Source of the DNA: Eledone cirrhosa
Taxonomy: Eukaryota
NCBI GenBank assembly: GCA_964016885.1
Contig: OZ024743.1
Location: 62,930,001 to 62,994,000, forward strand
Reading direction: 5' to 3'
Length of the DNA: 64,000 nucleotides
The position numbers and the translations under genes are program-made. A model generated the notes under the pieces. The model was not told where the DNA came from and searched no databases. It worked only from the letters and a program-made list of their open reading frames with translations. Every line of letters begins with the position of its first letter. Position 1 is the stretch's first letter. Below are positions 52,975 through 64,000 of this stretch, piece after piece.

Positions 52975-53240
52975 ACGTGTGGCCCAATGGTTCAGTTGTC
53001 GAGCTTAAAAACATAATGTCATGGGTTTGATTCCAGGACTGGGTGGTATTCTGTGTTCTTGAACAAGGCACTATATTTCATGCTGATCCAGTCTATTCAG
53101 CTAGAAATGAGTACCAGCACAGCTGGGAGTTAATCCTGCAATGGACTGGCATCCTGTCTAGGGCAGAACCTTGCACTCTCAATTGCTTAACACCAACAAC
53201 ATTAGGATAAGCTCAGGTCTTATGAGCCTCCAGGTGTTGA
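52975..53240 (+). mobile_element. Old tRNA-derived SINE
   Basis: TGGCCCAATGGTT A box, GGTTTGATTCC B box, TTCTTGAACAAGGCACT...CCAGTCTATTCAGCT body. Confidence 0.6.
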
Positions 53241-53624
53241 ACAGACATTAGCCTTTAACCATTTTAATCAGGATGTAAGCTTTGCTGTGTAGTTAAGAAG
53301 TTTGCCATGCAATCACAAAGTCCTGGGTTTGATCCTAGTGGGTAGCATCTTGCATAAGTGTCTTTCCCACTGCATCAGGTCAACTTAAATCTTGTGAATG
53401 AAATTCAGTAGATGGAAACTGTGGAAGCCTGTCAGATAAATTGTGTCTGTAATTCAAAGATCCTTGTCATATATTGTGTCATGCTGACTCAGCTTCTGAA
53501 TTAAGTTAAGAATATTCATGTCTGTGGAATACTCAACCTCTTAAGTTATTTCACATGCTGGATGCTCAGTTGATTGAGCCACTGAGTACACATTGTCATA
53601 ATTGATATAAGACTATTAATAATG

Positions 53625-54028
53625 GTTTCTACTTTTGGCACAGGGCCAGCAATTACAGTGTATTACTGGTACTTTATTTTATCGACCCTGAAAGGATGAA
53701 AGGCAAAGTTAACCTCGGCGGGATTTGAACTCAGACCATAAAGGGCCGTAACTCTTTGCTGCAAAGCATGGCGTCCGACCCTCTACCGATACTGCCAATC
53801 CAAATGGTTTCTGATTTAGGTACAAAGCCAACAATTTCAGGGGAGGGGAAAGTACTGGTACTTTATTTTATTGACCCCAGTGCATTACTGGTACTTTATT
53901 GTATCGACGCTGTAAGGATGACAGGCAAAGCCAACCTCAATAGGATTTGAACTCAGAATATATAGGGCATAACTATATACTGCAAATCATGTTGTCCGAC
54001 ACTAACGATATTGCCAATCCATTGCCCT
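53625..54028 (-). mobile_element. Two tandem (ATT)n-tailed SINE copies
   Basis: Reverse complements of the 35593-type SINE at ~53625-53801 and ~53805-54028. Confidence 0.8.
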
Positions 54029-54118
54029 TTGACTATTTATTAATAATGATGCTATTGATACAAGTAATGACATTGATGATAAAGGTGGCAATGATGATGA
54101 AGGTAAAAAGTTACTCAC

Positions 54119-54187
54119 TGGAGGAATAGTCTGATTAACAACTTCTGTTTTCATATGCTCTTGTGGTTGCTGCTGTTGTTCTGATAA
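54119..54187 (-). CDS. Coding exon (69 bp, phase 0-0) of host gene: LSEQQQQPQEHMKTEVVNQTIPP
   Basis: CTAAC branch point, long pyrimidine tract, TGTAG| acceptor; CCA|GTGAGT donor; open frame. Confidence 0.72.
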
Positions 54188-54964
54188 CTACAACAGAAGA
54201 AGAAAGAGAGAAATGAACTTGTTAGAAAATTTCTTTTAAAAAGCCCATAAAAAATTGAAACTCCATATTACACAAGATTGTGCATGAGTTTTGAGGCCAT
54301 CTTGATGTTTTTTGTTTGTTAACTAATGTAAAGAGACTTGCTGAAGAATGAAAAGAATTATTCATGAAACCTTAAGTACAGGAAAACATTGTGAGATGTA
54401 AACACTCAAATTATGTGTGTATAATCATTTTACATCCATTTTTTCCCTTCATTATGCCATGGGCAGGATGGATCTTACTCATCATGATTCTTAGTCACAC
54501 ACGGTTCTAATACACACAGCAACAAAGATAATTGTCCTACTATGTTATGCTTTTTGTATTGTTTTTAAGCTTGGGCATGCCTCCCACAACAAACAACTTC
54601 AAAGTATGAACTGAGCACATTTTATTATGTTGGACAATGTAGTCTCTGATGTACAAAAATATATGAGATGGCCATGGCTGGAATACCTTTTATCACAGGT
54701 CTACTTTATTAGAACTTTGTGCAAAACAACACCAGCCTATGTGTTTACCTTCTCTTAGAAAATGCATATTTTTTCTTACTCTCTATCTGTGTGTGTGTGT
54801 GTGAATGTTTGTAAGCATGCATGTGTGTATGTATGATGTGATACAATCTGTTCTACTGTTTATATACCCACTTCCTTTCAACTGCATCTCTCTCTCACAT
54901 AGAAAGTACATTGTATTATGTTATATATATCTATCTATCTATACTATAAAGCTGACGGTTGTAT

Positions 54965-55337
54965 CATCATCATCATCATTTTACATCCGCTTTTCCCTGC
55001 TTGCAAGGGTGGGACGGGAACTGATTCTGGCTTGATTTCTACAGCTGGATGCCCTTCCTAACACCAACCTCATTACAGTGCTTTTTTGCCATGGCACCTC
55101 CACGACCACTTTACAGTGTGAGCTGAGTGTTTTTTTGCCGTGGCACCTCCACGACCAGTTTACAGTGGAATGATATGGACCCCAGTCCCTATCATCTCAT
55201 TTCTACAGCTGAGTAAACTGGAGCAATGTGAAATAAAGTGTCTTGCTCAAGGAAACAACACATCACCCGGTCTGAGAATTGAACTCACAACCTTTCGATT
55301 GCAAGGCCAATGCTCTAACCACTAAGCCATGTGCTCC
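54965..55337 (-). mobile_element. tRNA/RTE-tail SINE inserted in the Helitron (probable TSD GTAT)
   Basis: Same family as 31208-31528; GTAT at 54961-54964 and 55338-55341. Confidence 0.85.
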
Positions 55338-55869
55338 GTATGTAGGTAATAAACTTTCCGCCAAGCACCATAGATGTAACTTTTTCCAAGTAAAAAAGTG
55401 AGGGTATTTTCGTCTACAGAATTTTGTTAAAAGATTAAAGACATTATTTAAATATTCACTTCTTTAAAATTTTCAAATGTCAACAGATCGGGTTATACGG
55501 CATTCCTAAAGTCTTCACGAACCAAAGTATCATCTTCCCGTTTTCTTTTGGTTGCAACGTTTTTCGAAATATTTACTTCTGCGTTCACAGATTGATTTTT
55601 TTTAGTTTCAGAAGATCCCGTTAAGGGTGAAAGCAGCGATTCTTTGCTTAAACTTTAATCTGTTATTTTAATATATATATATATATAATTATATATTCGT
55701 GTACAGATATTTTTGCATACACAAAAACAAAATATAAACAAACGTATTTATTTCACGAAAGCACAGATGGCTTATCGTCTTTGTTACTGCCGATATGCCA
55801 CCCAAAAAGTCCTAGCCTGGCCGCAAGATCAGATTTTCCAGAAGAAAAAATGTTACTAGAGCAACAGAG

Positions 55870-56059
55870 AGACTAAGCTTCGCGATTACCATCAACAAAG
55901 CTCAGGGTCAAACCCTAAAAGTGGCTGGCCTTCATCTGGGAAAACCTTTGTCAATTGTATGTAGGATGCTCTAGGGTGAGCTCGCCAAACAATCTCTTCA
56001 TCTTTGCTCCCGAGAGCCGAACAAAACATATTGTATACTCTGAGGCTCTAACAATGTAA
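55870..56059 (+). pseudogene. Helitron RepHel PIF1-like helicase C-terminal relic
   Basis: RLSFAITINKAQGQTLKVAGLHL...[deletion/frameshift]...QLYVGCSRV...TKHIVYSEAL: SF1 helicase motifs V and VI. Confidence 0.88.
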
Positions 56060-58249
56060 TTTATGTATTTTCTGTTACTTGGAATTTCTATTATGGCTGT
56101 ACAAATTATTGTAAAGTTTGTTCTCTGTTCAACCTTTATTGTTGTAACTATCAATTTTCTTTAACGTACTGGCTGAGAAAAGAAACCTACAATGAAAGAA
56201 CATCTTAAAGTTTACCCAAGCCAAATGTTGCATTTATTAACATTTCTATCTGCAGGTTCTTAGCAACTTACTGGCGCTTTAGTATGGTATTCAATTCTCA
56301 TATCGTTTTTGATTGATATGGTGCATATATCGCAGCTATTCATATGTTTTAAACATTAGATAACGATTGTACGACAGCATTGACTGAAAAATATTTTGAA
56401 TGAACAAATAAAAGAGATATAAAAGAGAGATGTTTGTTGGTTGGTTCCTTCACGTATCACGAAAAAAAAACGAAAAGTGACAATCGGAAAGTATGTACAG
56501 GATTGGGATAAGAGTATATCCAGGAAAGTTTATTGATACTAATTTTATAACACCAAAGAAGAAAGACATACCACGTATGCTAACCAACATGACTGCTATT
56601 TCTAGCAGGTTGCGAATCAACCATAGGGATTCTCTCTGCGAGTTCGTTGTCAGTGATGATCGTGTTTCGCGGCCTATGTCTCCGATTCCAACGGTGGTTT
56701 ATACACACACGCACGAACACTCACACAGGCACACAGACATATATATATATATAACACAAACACACACACTGTAAACAAGACAATGCATTCAATACAGACG
56801 TTTTCTCTTCTGCCGGTCTTCTTATTTGTTAACCTTGGCGAAGCTGGGTACCTCAGCTAGTATATATATATCAAAATTATGCATACAAACTAATTGAGGA
56901 GGAGAGATGAGAGAGATTAGTTATGAGAATTATATGCCAGTAGTGAAGGGGAAAGGGTGCTCAATGCATATTAGATGCAAGACAAGCAAACAATGTAAGC
57001 AAGCCCAAGAGAATATATATATTATATTATATGCAGGTAGACAACCAGTTAGGGTATTGTATCTAACAGTCCAATTGGTAGATTTTGAAATATCCTGAGG
57101 TAAGCACTCAACAGCCTGAAGTATCCCAGATTACATCTGGTGGTCAGGGAGAGTATATACACTGAAGAATAAGTATGCATAATGAGTTTTTAAGTAAAAT
57201 ACTACATCTCGTCACTTATTCCACCAGTTAACTGCATAGATAGTGAACCATGATAAAATAGTTGAACACAGAGGTTCTCAAAGTGAGGTGGGTGGTGGCC
57301 CAAAACGTTTGAGAACCTTAGGTTTAACAGATAGTATAGATTCACATCTTGATTTAGTATTCACGTTTTTACTTAAGCATTTTAGATTTTGACTGATTTC
57401 CTAGTTTAGTGTCATATATTAACACTTAGTTTCCTAATTTCACCCATTGTTTTGCTCCCTTCACTTTGACCTGACCCCAAGTGGATGGGGTGGATGAGTG
57501 GGATGGGGGTGTTAAGCAACTGGTTACAGGTAGTCATGCCAAAGTTGACAACTGCTACAAATTGGTATACATGACTAAAATATCACTATGAATGGACTAG
57601 GTGGCATGGATGGGGTGTGATGGTGGGGTTATATCCCTACAATGCTATAAATAGGTATTGACATGGTAACTTATGGGGGGAGCTGATATTGAAAGAGGAG
57701 ATTGAATTTTATCGGTTCCACTAACTCTCTGAGAACCCTATAGATAAAAATAACGTTCAGGAGACTCCTGAAGAGGCTGGATTGATTCTATGAAACTAAT
57801 ACACTGTATAGTCATGAAACCAATCAAAACATTTGTAATGGGAAATTTCTGAATAAATTGTTAAAAAACCCCATTATGCAGACTTATGCTTCACTACATC
57901 GACAGACATATACATATACACATATATACATATACCTACATATACATATATGCATACCTACATAAAGCAACACTGTAAATGTGGTTGGTGTTAGTCCTAT
58001 ATTAGCGAGACACGGTCACCCAACCAGCCTTGCCTCAAATGGGACAACTCCTGTCTAACCCATGCTAGTGTGGAAGATGGACGTTAAACGATGATGATAT
58101 ATATATATATACCTACATATATATACACATATACATACATATAAATATATACACTAAACGAAGATGATATATATATATATATACCTACATATAAATACAT
58201 ACATATATACACATATACATACATATATATCTATTATATAAATATATAT

Positions 58250-58753
58250 TGGAATATATATTATGGAATACTGTCAGCTTCTTGCTACAATACTTTCTAT
58301 ACCTTTCATATATATATTATATATATACATATATACATATATATATACATATATATACATACATACATATATATACATATATATATACATATATATACAT
58401 ACATACATATACATATATATATATATACATACATATATATATACATACATATACATATATATATACATACATATACATATATATATACATACATATACAT
58501 ATATATATACATACATATATATACATATATATATACATACATATATATATACATACATATATATATACATACATATATATATACATACATATATATATAC
58601 ATACATATACATATACATATACATACATATACATATATATATACATACATATACATATATATATACATACATATATATATATATATACATACATATATAT
58701 ATATATATACATACATATATATACATATATATATAGATACATATATATACATA
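58250..58753. repeat. Degenerate (TA)n/(TACA)n microsatellite
   Basis: Directly visible. Confidence 0.95.
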
Positions 58754-58950
58754 TAGGCAACACGGTAAAAACCTCCCAGACCCACACTGTAAATGTGGTT
58801 GGTGTTAGGAAGGGCATCCAACTGTAGAAAACCTGCCAGACAGTCCTATGCGAGCAAGACAATCACTCTTGCCTCAAGTGGGAAAACCCCCGTCCAAACC
58901 CATGCAAGCGTGGAACACGGACGTTAAACGTTGATGATGATGATGATGAT
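58754..58950 (+). mobile_element. Young RTE-family 3' UTR copy
   Basis: Two substitutions relative to the copy starting at 1592 (by eye); (GAT)n tail. Confidence 0.9.
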
Positions 58951-58967
58951 ATATACATACATATACA

Positions 58968-59029
58968 TGATGGCTGCCCCCTCGTTATCGAGTATGGCCA
59001 TTGCACAATAAAAAAAAAAAAAAAAAAAA

Positions 59030-59075
<46 letters not shown>

Positions 59076-59154
59076 GCAATAATAATAATAACGACAACAA
59101 CAATAATAATATACATATTCACATATATATACACACACACGCACGCACATAAGC

Positions 59155-59192
<38 letters not shown>

Positions 59193-62100
59193 GATAGCAA
59201 CTAACAGTGCTGCGATCGAATGTGGCTTTTTAGCCCAGCCAATGATCCAAAATGTCTTGCACAGAGTCGGCAACCAAAACATTTACTGGGAATAGTCGGC
59301 TGTGGTTGGAGTTCGTGTACTTTTGCATGTCGCTTGAGTCCTCCTGCTGATTTACATTCTCTACCACATGTTTGGCAAGCATGATGAGTAGCATCTCCAA
59401 CAGCAGCCTGGTAGTCAACCACTGGTCTTACTTTATGACTGCGAAGATGACTTTCGAGTCCAGCTTTGCTTAGGCAGAGTCTCGCACAGACGCTGCATGT
59501 CAGAAACATAGGAGGACCCTCGCCGTCTGGAAGTGCAACAGCAATACCCTTCCTCACGTCCCGCTTTACTTTCTCGTGTGCGATTCGAGATGCCTCAAAG
59601 GCAACTTTTCCCTCATATACAGTCTTTCTCCATTTATTACGATCAGCAGCAATATTTTCCCATGTATCAGCAGAGATGTTAGCGTCTTTCAGAGAGGCCT
59701 TCAAGAAATCCTTATACCTCTTTTTTGGTTTATGTGGCGGTCGTTTTCCTTTAACCAACTCTCCATAGAAGAGTTGTTTTGGTATTCTAGAATCCTTCAT
59801 CCTGGCAAGGTGACCACTCCAACGGAGTCGCTGCTTAAGCACAAGAGCTTCTATACTGTCACACATAGAGCTTTCCAAAATCTCGACATCACTGATGTGG
59901 TCCCTCCAGCGAACGCCATGTATCCGTCTGAGACACATCTGATGGAAACGCTCCAATTGCTTAAGGTGGCGTCGATATGTGACCCAGGTCTCGCAGGCAT
60001 AAAGAAGACAAGAGAGTACACATGCCCTGTACACCTTTACCTTTGTCCTCCTGCATATGTCTCGCCGACCCCAGAGTCGCCTTTCTAGCTTTCCGAAAGC
60101 ATCACTTGCTTTCCTAATCCTAAGTGAGATTTCACTGTCAAGGTTGCCGTATCGATTGACAGTGCTTCCCAGGTAGACAAACTGATCAACCACTCCAAGT
60201 CGTTTGCCATACACATAGATGTTTGGTTCAGTGTACTGCCTACCAGGTGCAGGTTGGTACATGACGACGGTTTTCTTGAGACTGACAGTCAAACCCAGGG
60301 CAGTGCAAGCGTCAGAAAATACATTCAAAATGTGCTGCATATCACTCTCTGTGTGCGCTACAAGATCGCAATCATCTGCATACAAGAGGTCTCTTATGAC
60401 TGATGTAAATACTTTTGTCTTCGCAGCAAAGCGCCTGATGTTAAATATGCTGCCTGAGGTTCGATATCGGATGTAAACACCATGCTCGCAATTCCTGAAT
60501 GCAATACAGAAAACCATTGCAAAGTATATGGCAAACAGGGTCGGTGCTGGAATATCCCCCTGTTTCACTCCATTTTTTACTGAGATAGGCTCCGACATGT
60601 TACCTCCGACATTAACCCAAGCCTTCATGTCGTCATGGAAAGACCTAACTAAAGCAAGGAACTTATCAGGGCAACCAAGTTTCTGGAGAACCTTCCATAA
60701 TGCATCTCTGTTGACAGTATCGAAAGCCTTTGTCAGATCGACAAAAACCTGATACAGATCCAAGCCCTGTTCAATGCACTTCTCCTGGAGCTGTCTAGCT
60801 GAGAAGATCATATCAGTAGTGCCGCGTCCAACACGAAAACCAGATTGACTTTCAGGAAGGACACAATCTGCAATGTGTGTCAGCAGACGGTCCAGAAGCA
60901 CCCTACATAAAACTTTCCCCACGACAGAAAGCAATGATATACCTCTGTAGTTCCCACAATCATTCCTGTTACCCTTTCCCTTGTACAAGACCACCATTAC
61001 TGCATCTCTCCAGTCCTCAGGCACGGATTCATTAGCCCATATCCTTCCAAACAGAGAGTGAAGATGTTGCAGGAGTCTCTCACCACCATATTGTAGGAGC
61101 TCAGCATGTATGCCATCCATACCTGGAGATCTTCCACTGTTCAGCTTCGAAATAGCCACTGCAACCTCCACAAGTGTCGGAGGCTCTGCGAGAGCTACTT
61201 TCACAGGACTTTCCGGAATGAGATTGAGGAAATCTTCACTGACGACAGACGGCTGACTCAAAAGATCATCAAAGTGCTCCCGCCACCTTCGTAGAATTCC
61301 CTGTGAGTCACGAAGAAGTTCTTTGCCATCCTTGCTGCGAATCGGTGTCACCAGAGAAGAAGACGGTCCATAAACCTCACGCAAGAGACTGTACAACAGC
61401 TTTGTGTTATTGCAATCAGACGCAGTTTGTATCTCACCAGCCTTCTCACTCCACCACTGATCCTTCATCTGAGAAAGACTCCGCCTAACACGTGATTTTA
61501 CATCCCTGAGCTCCTCATGCAACGTATTCCTCTCCTGTGGTCTTGCCGTCAAGTAGCGTGACAGAGCGCGCCTCTTATCAGCCAACAAGTCATCTATATG
61601 CACATCTTTCTCATTAAACCAGTCCTGATGTTTTCTCTGCACCAATCCCAGAACACGTCTGCCTACATCATAAACCGACTTTTTAAGGGTCGGCCAATCC
61701 TCACCAAGATCTGCAGCCTGCATCTCTTCTTCCAATGTCCTCTTCACATTTTTATCCTTAAGACGAGCAGCATTCAATCTTTTGGGCAGGGTAACACCAG
61801 GAGCCCGGATTTTACGTTTGGTGATTAGATTCACTTTTGCGCGTACCAGGCGGTGGTCCGTCCAGCACTCAGCTCCACGAAGAACACGAACACACCGCAC
61901 ATCCTGTCTGTCACGCATCCTGACTAGGACGTAGTCCAAAAGATGCCATTCCTTAGATGCAGGATGCATCCATGTGGTCTTGAATTTGTTCTTTTGTTGG
62001 AACATGGTGTTGGTAACACACAGATCCAGCTCCTCACACATCTGCAGCAAGAGCATACCATTGCTGTTACACTTTCCCACCCCATGCCTTCCGATTACAT

Positions 62101-62808
62101 TCCATGTGTTAAAATCCCTACCCACTCTAGCATTAAAGTCACCAAGCACGATGACCTTGTCTGCCTGAGGGATATTTCTTAAAACACCTTTCAAGGCATG
62201 GTAAAAGGACAGTTTTTCTTCATCGACAGAATTCATAGTTGGAGCATACACACTCACCAGGGTAGCATATCTTCCCTTGTCCAGCGGAACTCTCATGGAC
62301 ATAAGACGCTCACTAATCCCCACTGGGAATTCTTCCAATTTATTCACCAGTACAGTCTTAACAGCAAATCCTACCCCAGCCTCTCTTCTGGTTCCTTCAT
62401 CTCTTCCTTTCCAGAAGAATGTATATTCTCCACAAAATTCCGTAAGATGACCATCTCCAGCTAACCTCGTCTCAGACAAAGCCACGATGTCAAGATCGTA
62501 ACGTCGAAGCTCCTTCGCAACAAGAGCGGTCCTTCGTTCAGGACGCTCCAAAGAATCCCTGTCAAGCAGCGTCCGTACGTTCCAGCAGCCAAGACTAAAT
62601 GCCCTGTTTGGCTCTATTACAATGGCACGATGACGGGCGGACCCAGGTTGTGATAACTTGGGGCCCCTGCCCTTATTGCCAATGATCTTTTTTGTTCCAG
62701 AACCCAAATTGGCAATTATCTCGTTTACATTGTTCTGGAACATCATTGAATTGGAAAAAAAAAAAAAAAAAAAAAAAAAAGGAGAAAAAAAAAAAAAAAG
62801 TAATAATA

Positions 62809-62843
<35 letters not shown>

Positions 62844-63146
62844 ACACTATTAATAATTATTAATGCACTCGTGCAATGCCTGTGCGTGACGAATATTTTT
62901 AGAGTGAGGAAAGACTGTGCACTGAACCAATCCCACTCTCTGAGCGACAGTAGCTATAACCCGAAAAGAAGAAAAGATCAACATCATCGGTAACTACTGA
63001 GCCGCAGGTTTTATATCGGAGTTAACCCAGTTTCCTGAGATGCCTTCTCCTAGAAGAATACCCTGACATGGGCTAGGGGTTCTTCACTCCCAGTGGTTTA
63101 ACTGCGCGATCGGGCATCCAGCCCGATTATTTCTATGTCCCCGCGC
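58968..63146 (-). mobile_element. Full-length RTE-clade non-LTR retrotransposon
   Basis: Structured 5' UTR (~62747-63146, including a TCTAGGAGAAGG...AACTCCGATATAAAACC motif of RTE type), single long ORF, 3' stem-loop ATGGCCATACTCGATAACGAGGGGGCAGCCAT (58970-59001). No TSD seen. Confidence 0.88.
59201..62746 (-). CDS. RTE LINE polyprotein: APE endonuclease + reverse transcriptase + three C2H2 zinc fingers (1181 aa)
   Basis: WNVRTL, LSETR, GDFNARVG, LDYVL, TDHRLV (APE); YRGISLL, FVDLTKAFD, GVKQG, LLYADD, YLGS (RT); LRWSGH; three C-x2-C-x12-H-x3/4-H fingers. Uninterrupted ORF. Confidence 0.96.
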   Translation of the reverse strand: MMFQNNVNEIIANLGSGTKKIIGNKGRGPKLSQPGSARHRAIVIEPNRAFSLGCWNVRTLLDRDSLERPERRTALVAKELRRYDLDIVALSETRLAGDGHLTEFCGEYTFFWKGRDEGTRREAGVGFAVKTVLVNKLEEFPVGISERLMSMRVPLDKGRYATLVSVYAPTMNSVDEEKLSFYHALKGVLRNIPQADKVIVLGDFNARVGRDFNTWNVIGRHGVGKCNSNGMLLLQMCEELDLCVTNTMFQQKNKFKTTWMHPASKEWHLLDYVLVRMRDRQDVRCVRVLRGAECWTDHRLVRAKVNLITKRKIRAPGVTLPKRLNAARLKDKNVKRTLEEEMQAADLGEDWPTLKKSVYDVGRRVLGLVQRKHQDWFNEKDVHIDDLLADKRRALSRYLTARPQERNTLHEELRDVKSRVRRSLSQMKDQWWSEKAGEIQTASDCNNTKLLYSLLREVYGPSSSLVTPIRSKDGKELLRDSQGILRRWREHFDDLLSQPSVVSEDFLNLIPESPVKVALAEPPTLVEVAVAISKLNSGRSPGMDGIHAELLQYGGERLLQHLHSLFGRIWANESVPEDWRDAVMVVLYKGKGNRNDCGNYRGISLLSVVGKVLCRVLLDRLLTHIADCVLPESQSGFRVGRGTTDMIFSARQLQEKCIEQGLDLYQVFVDLTKAFDTVNRDALWKVLQKLGCPDKFLALVRSFHDDMKAWVNVGGNMSEPISVKNGVKQGDIPAPTLFAIYFAMVFCIAFRNCEHGVYIRYRTSGSIFNIRRFAAKTKVFTSVIRDLLYADDCDLVAHTESDMQHILNVFSDACTALGLTVSLKKTVVMYQPAPGRQYTEPNIYVYGKRLGVVDQFVYLGSTVNRYGNLDSEISLRIRKASDAFGKLERRLWGRRDICRRTKVKVYRACVLSCLLYACETWVTYRRHLKQLERFHQMCLRRIHGVRWRDHISDVEILESSMCDSIEALVLKQRLRWSGHLARMKDSRIPKQLFYGELVKGKRPPHKPKKRYKDFLKASLKDANISADTWENIAADRNKWRKTVYEGKVAFEASRIAHEKVKRDVRKGIAVALPDGEGPPMFLTCSVCARLCLSKAGLESHLRSHKVRPVVDYQAAVGDATHHACQTCGRECKSAGGLKRHAKVHELQPQPTIPSKCFGCRLCARHFGSLAGLKSHIRSQHC

Positions 63147-63404
63147 AAAAAAAAAAAAAAAAAAAAAAAATTACTTATTGACACTTATACGTACGACATA
63201 CACACACACGCATACATATGCGTGCACACAGCAACACTCACACACACACACACGCTACTCTACTCACTTACACGCACACACACACATATATATATATATA
63301 TTACCGTCATTACTGATACAAGATTACCAGATTATGTCAACTGTTGACTTTCAAGAGTTTGTATAGTTGAAGCCGATCGTATTACAGTCCAGTATTACTA
63401 TAAT

Positions 63405-63502
63405 TGCTTTACAGCATAGAGTTATGGCTCTCCACGGAGTCAACAAAAGAGAGTACCAGTGATGCGCTGGCCAGTCGCTGGATCCGTGCCAAAAGCAGAA
63501 AA
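63405..63502 (+). mobile_element. Degenerate, internally deleted (ATT)n-tailed SINE
   Basis: GCTTTACAGCATAGAGTTATGGC...AGTACCAGTGATGCGCTGG...GTGCCAAAAGCAGAAA followed by ATTATTATT. Confidence 0.6.
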
Positions 63503-63638
63503 ATTATTATTAAAGTTGTTCTTAAGGCCAGGTCGCTGGTGATGGTGATGGCGACGGCGGTGGCGGTGGTGGTGGTGGTGGCAGTTGATGTTGTTGTTCT
63601 GTTGTGTGTGTGTGTGTGTGTGTGTGTTTTGTTATTTT

Positions 63639-63670
<32 letters not shown>

Positions 63671-64000
63671 CCCTTTCTTTTTTTTCTCCTTTTTTTTTTT
63701 TTTTTTCCCCTTCCCTTTTCTTTTTTCTTTTCCCTTCCTTTTTTTATGTTTTGATGCCGCTGTTGTTGTTGTAATTGTTGTAAATGTTCATTTCAGTTCA
63801 TTCTGAAGCTGTTGTTGCTGTAAACATTAGGGCCGGTGTTGTTGTTGTTGTAGATGTTGGGGTTGAAATCTGGTTGTTTGACTGAGTGATGTATATACAC
63901 ACATATACATACACACACATATATATATATACATTCATCAGAGAGTAGAGAGTTTGACAACAGGTCGATGACTTTAGTCTCGATAGGGTATGGTATGGTA

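Larger units (their letters stand above)
54938..56860 (+). mobile_element. Non-autonomous Helitron with both termini
   Basis: 5' A|TCTATACTATAAAGCTG; 3' hairpin ACCTTGGC-GAA-GCTGGGT then CTAG|T; internal helicase relic. Confidence 0.8.

Noticed and set aside
59230-62464. Short ORFs overlapping the RTE ORF, mostly antisense
   Set aside because: Shadow frames of the long coding sequence with no recognisable motifs.
62860-63146. HDV-like ribozyme in the RTE 5' UTR
   Set aside because: Hairpins are present (ATCGGGC/GCCCGAT; GAAGAA.CCC/GGG..TTCTTC), but I could not build the nested double pseudoknot by eye. Needs a descriptor search.

Overview
AT-rich, repeat-dominated animal genomic DNA with no prokaryotic features. 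The SINE, LINE and microsatellite types are most consistent with a coleoid cephalopod (octopus-like); this assignment is an inference. Main contents: (1) a ~14 kb array of a 43-bp minisatellite (5056-19171) with several local higher-order repeats, interrupted by a solo LTR with a 4-bp TSD; (2) an RTE-clade LINE with an intact ORF on the minus strand (59201-62746; APE endonuclease, RT, three C-terminal C2H2 fingers) whose UTRs contain microsatellite/poly-T tracts; (3) long fold-back inverted repeats carrying minimal type-I hammerhead ribozyme folds, typical of Penelope-like element ends (21895-22240, 32136-32844); (4) a non-autonomous Helitron with both termini and a PIF1-helicase relic; (5) many truncated LINEs (RTE, CR1, Tx1/L1, R4/Dong), tRNA-derived SINEs and MITEs; (6) at least three phase-0 coding exons of an unidentified minus-strand host gene (54119-54187, 51856-51945, 48418-48711). 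Most ORFs in the supplied track are microsatellite or satellite artefacts.
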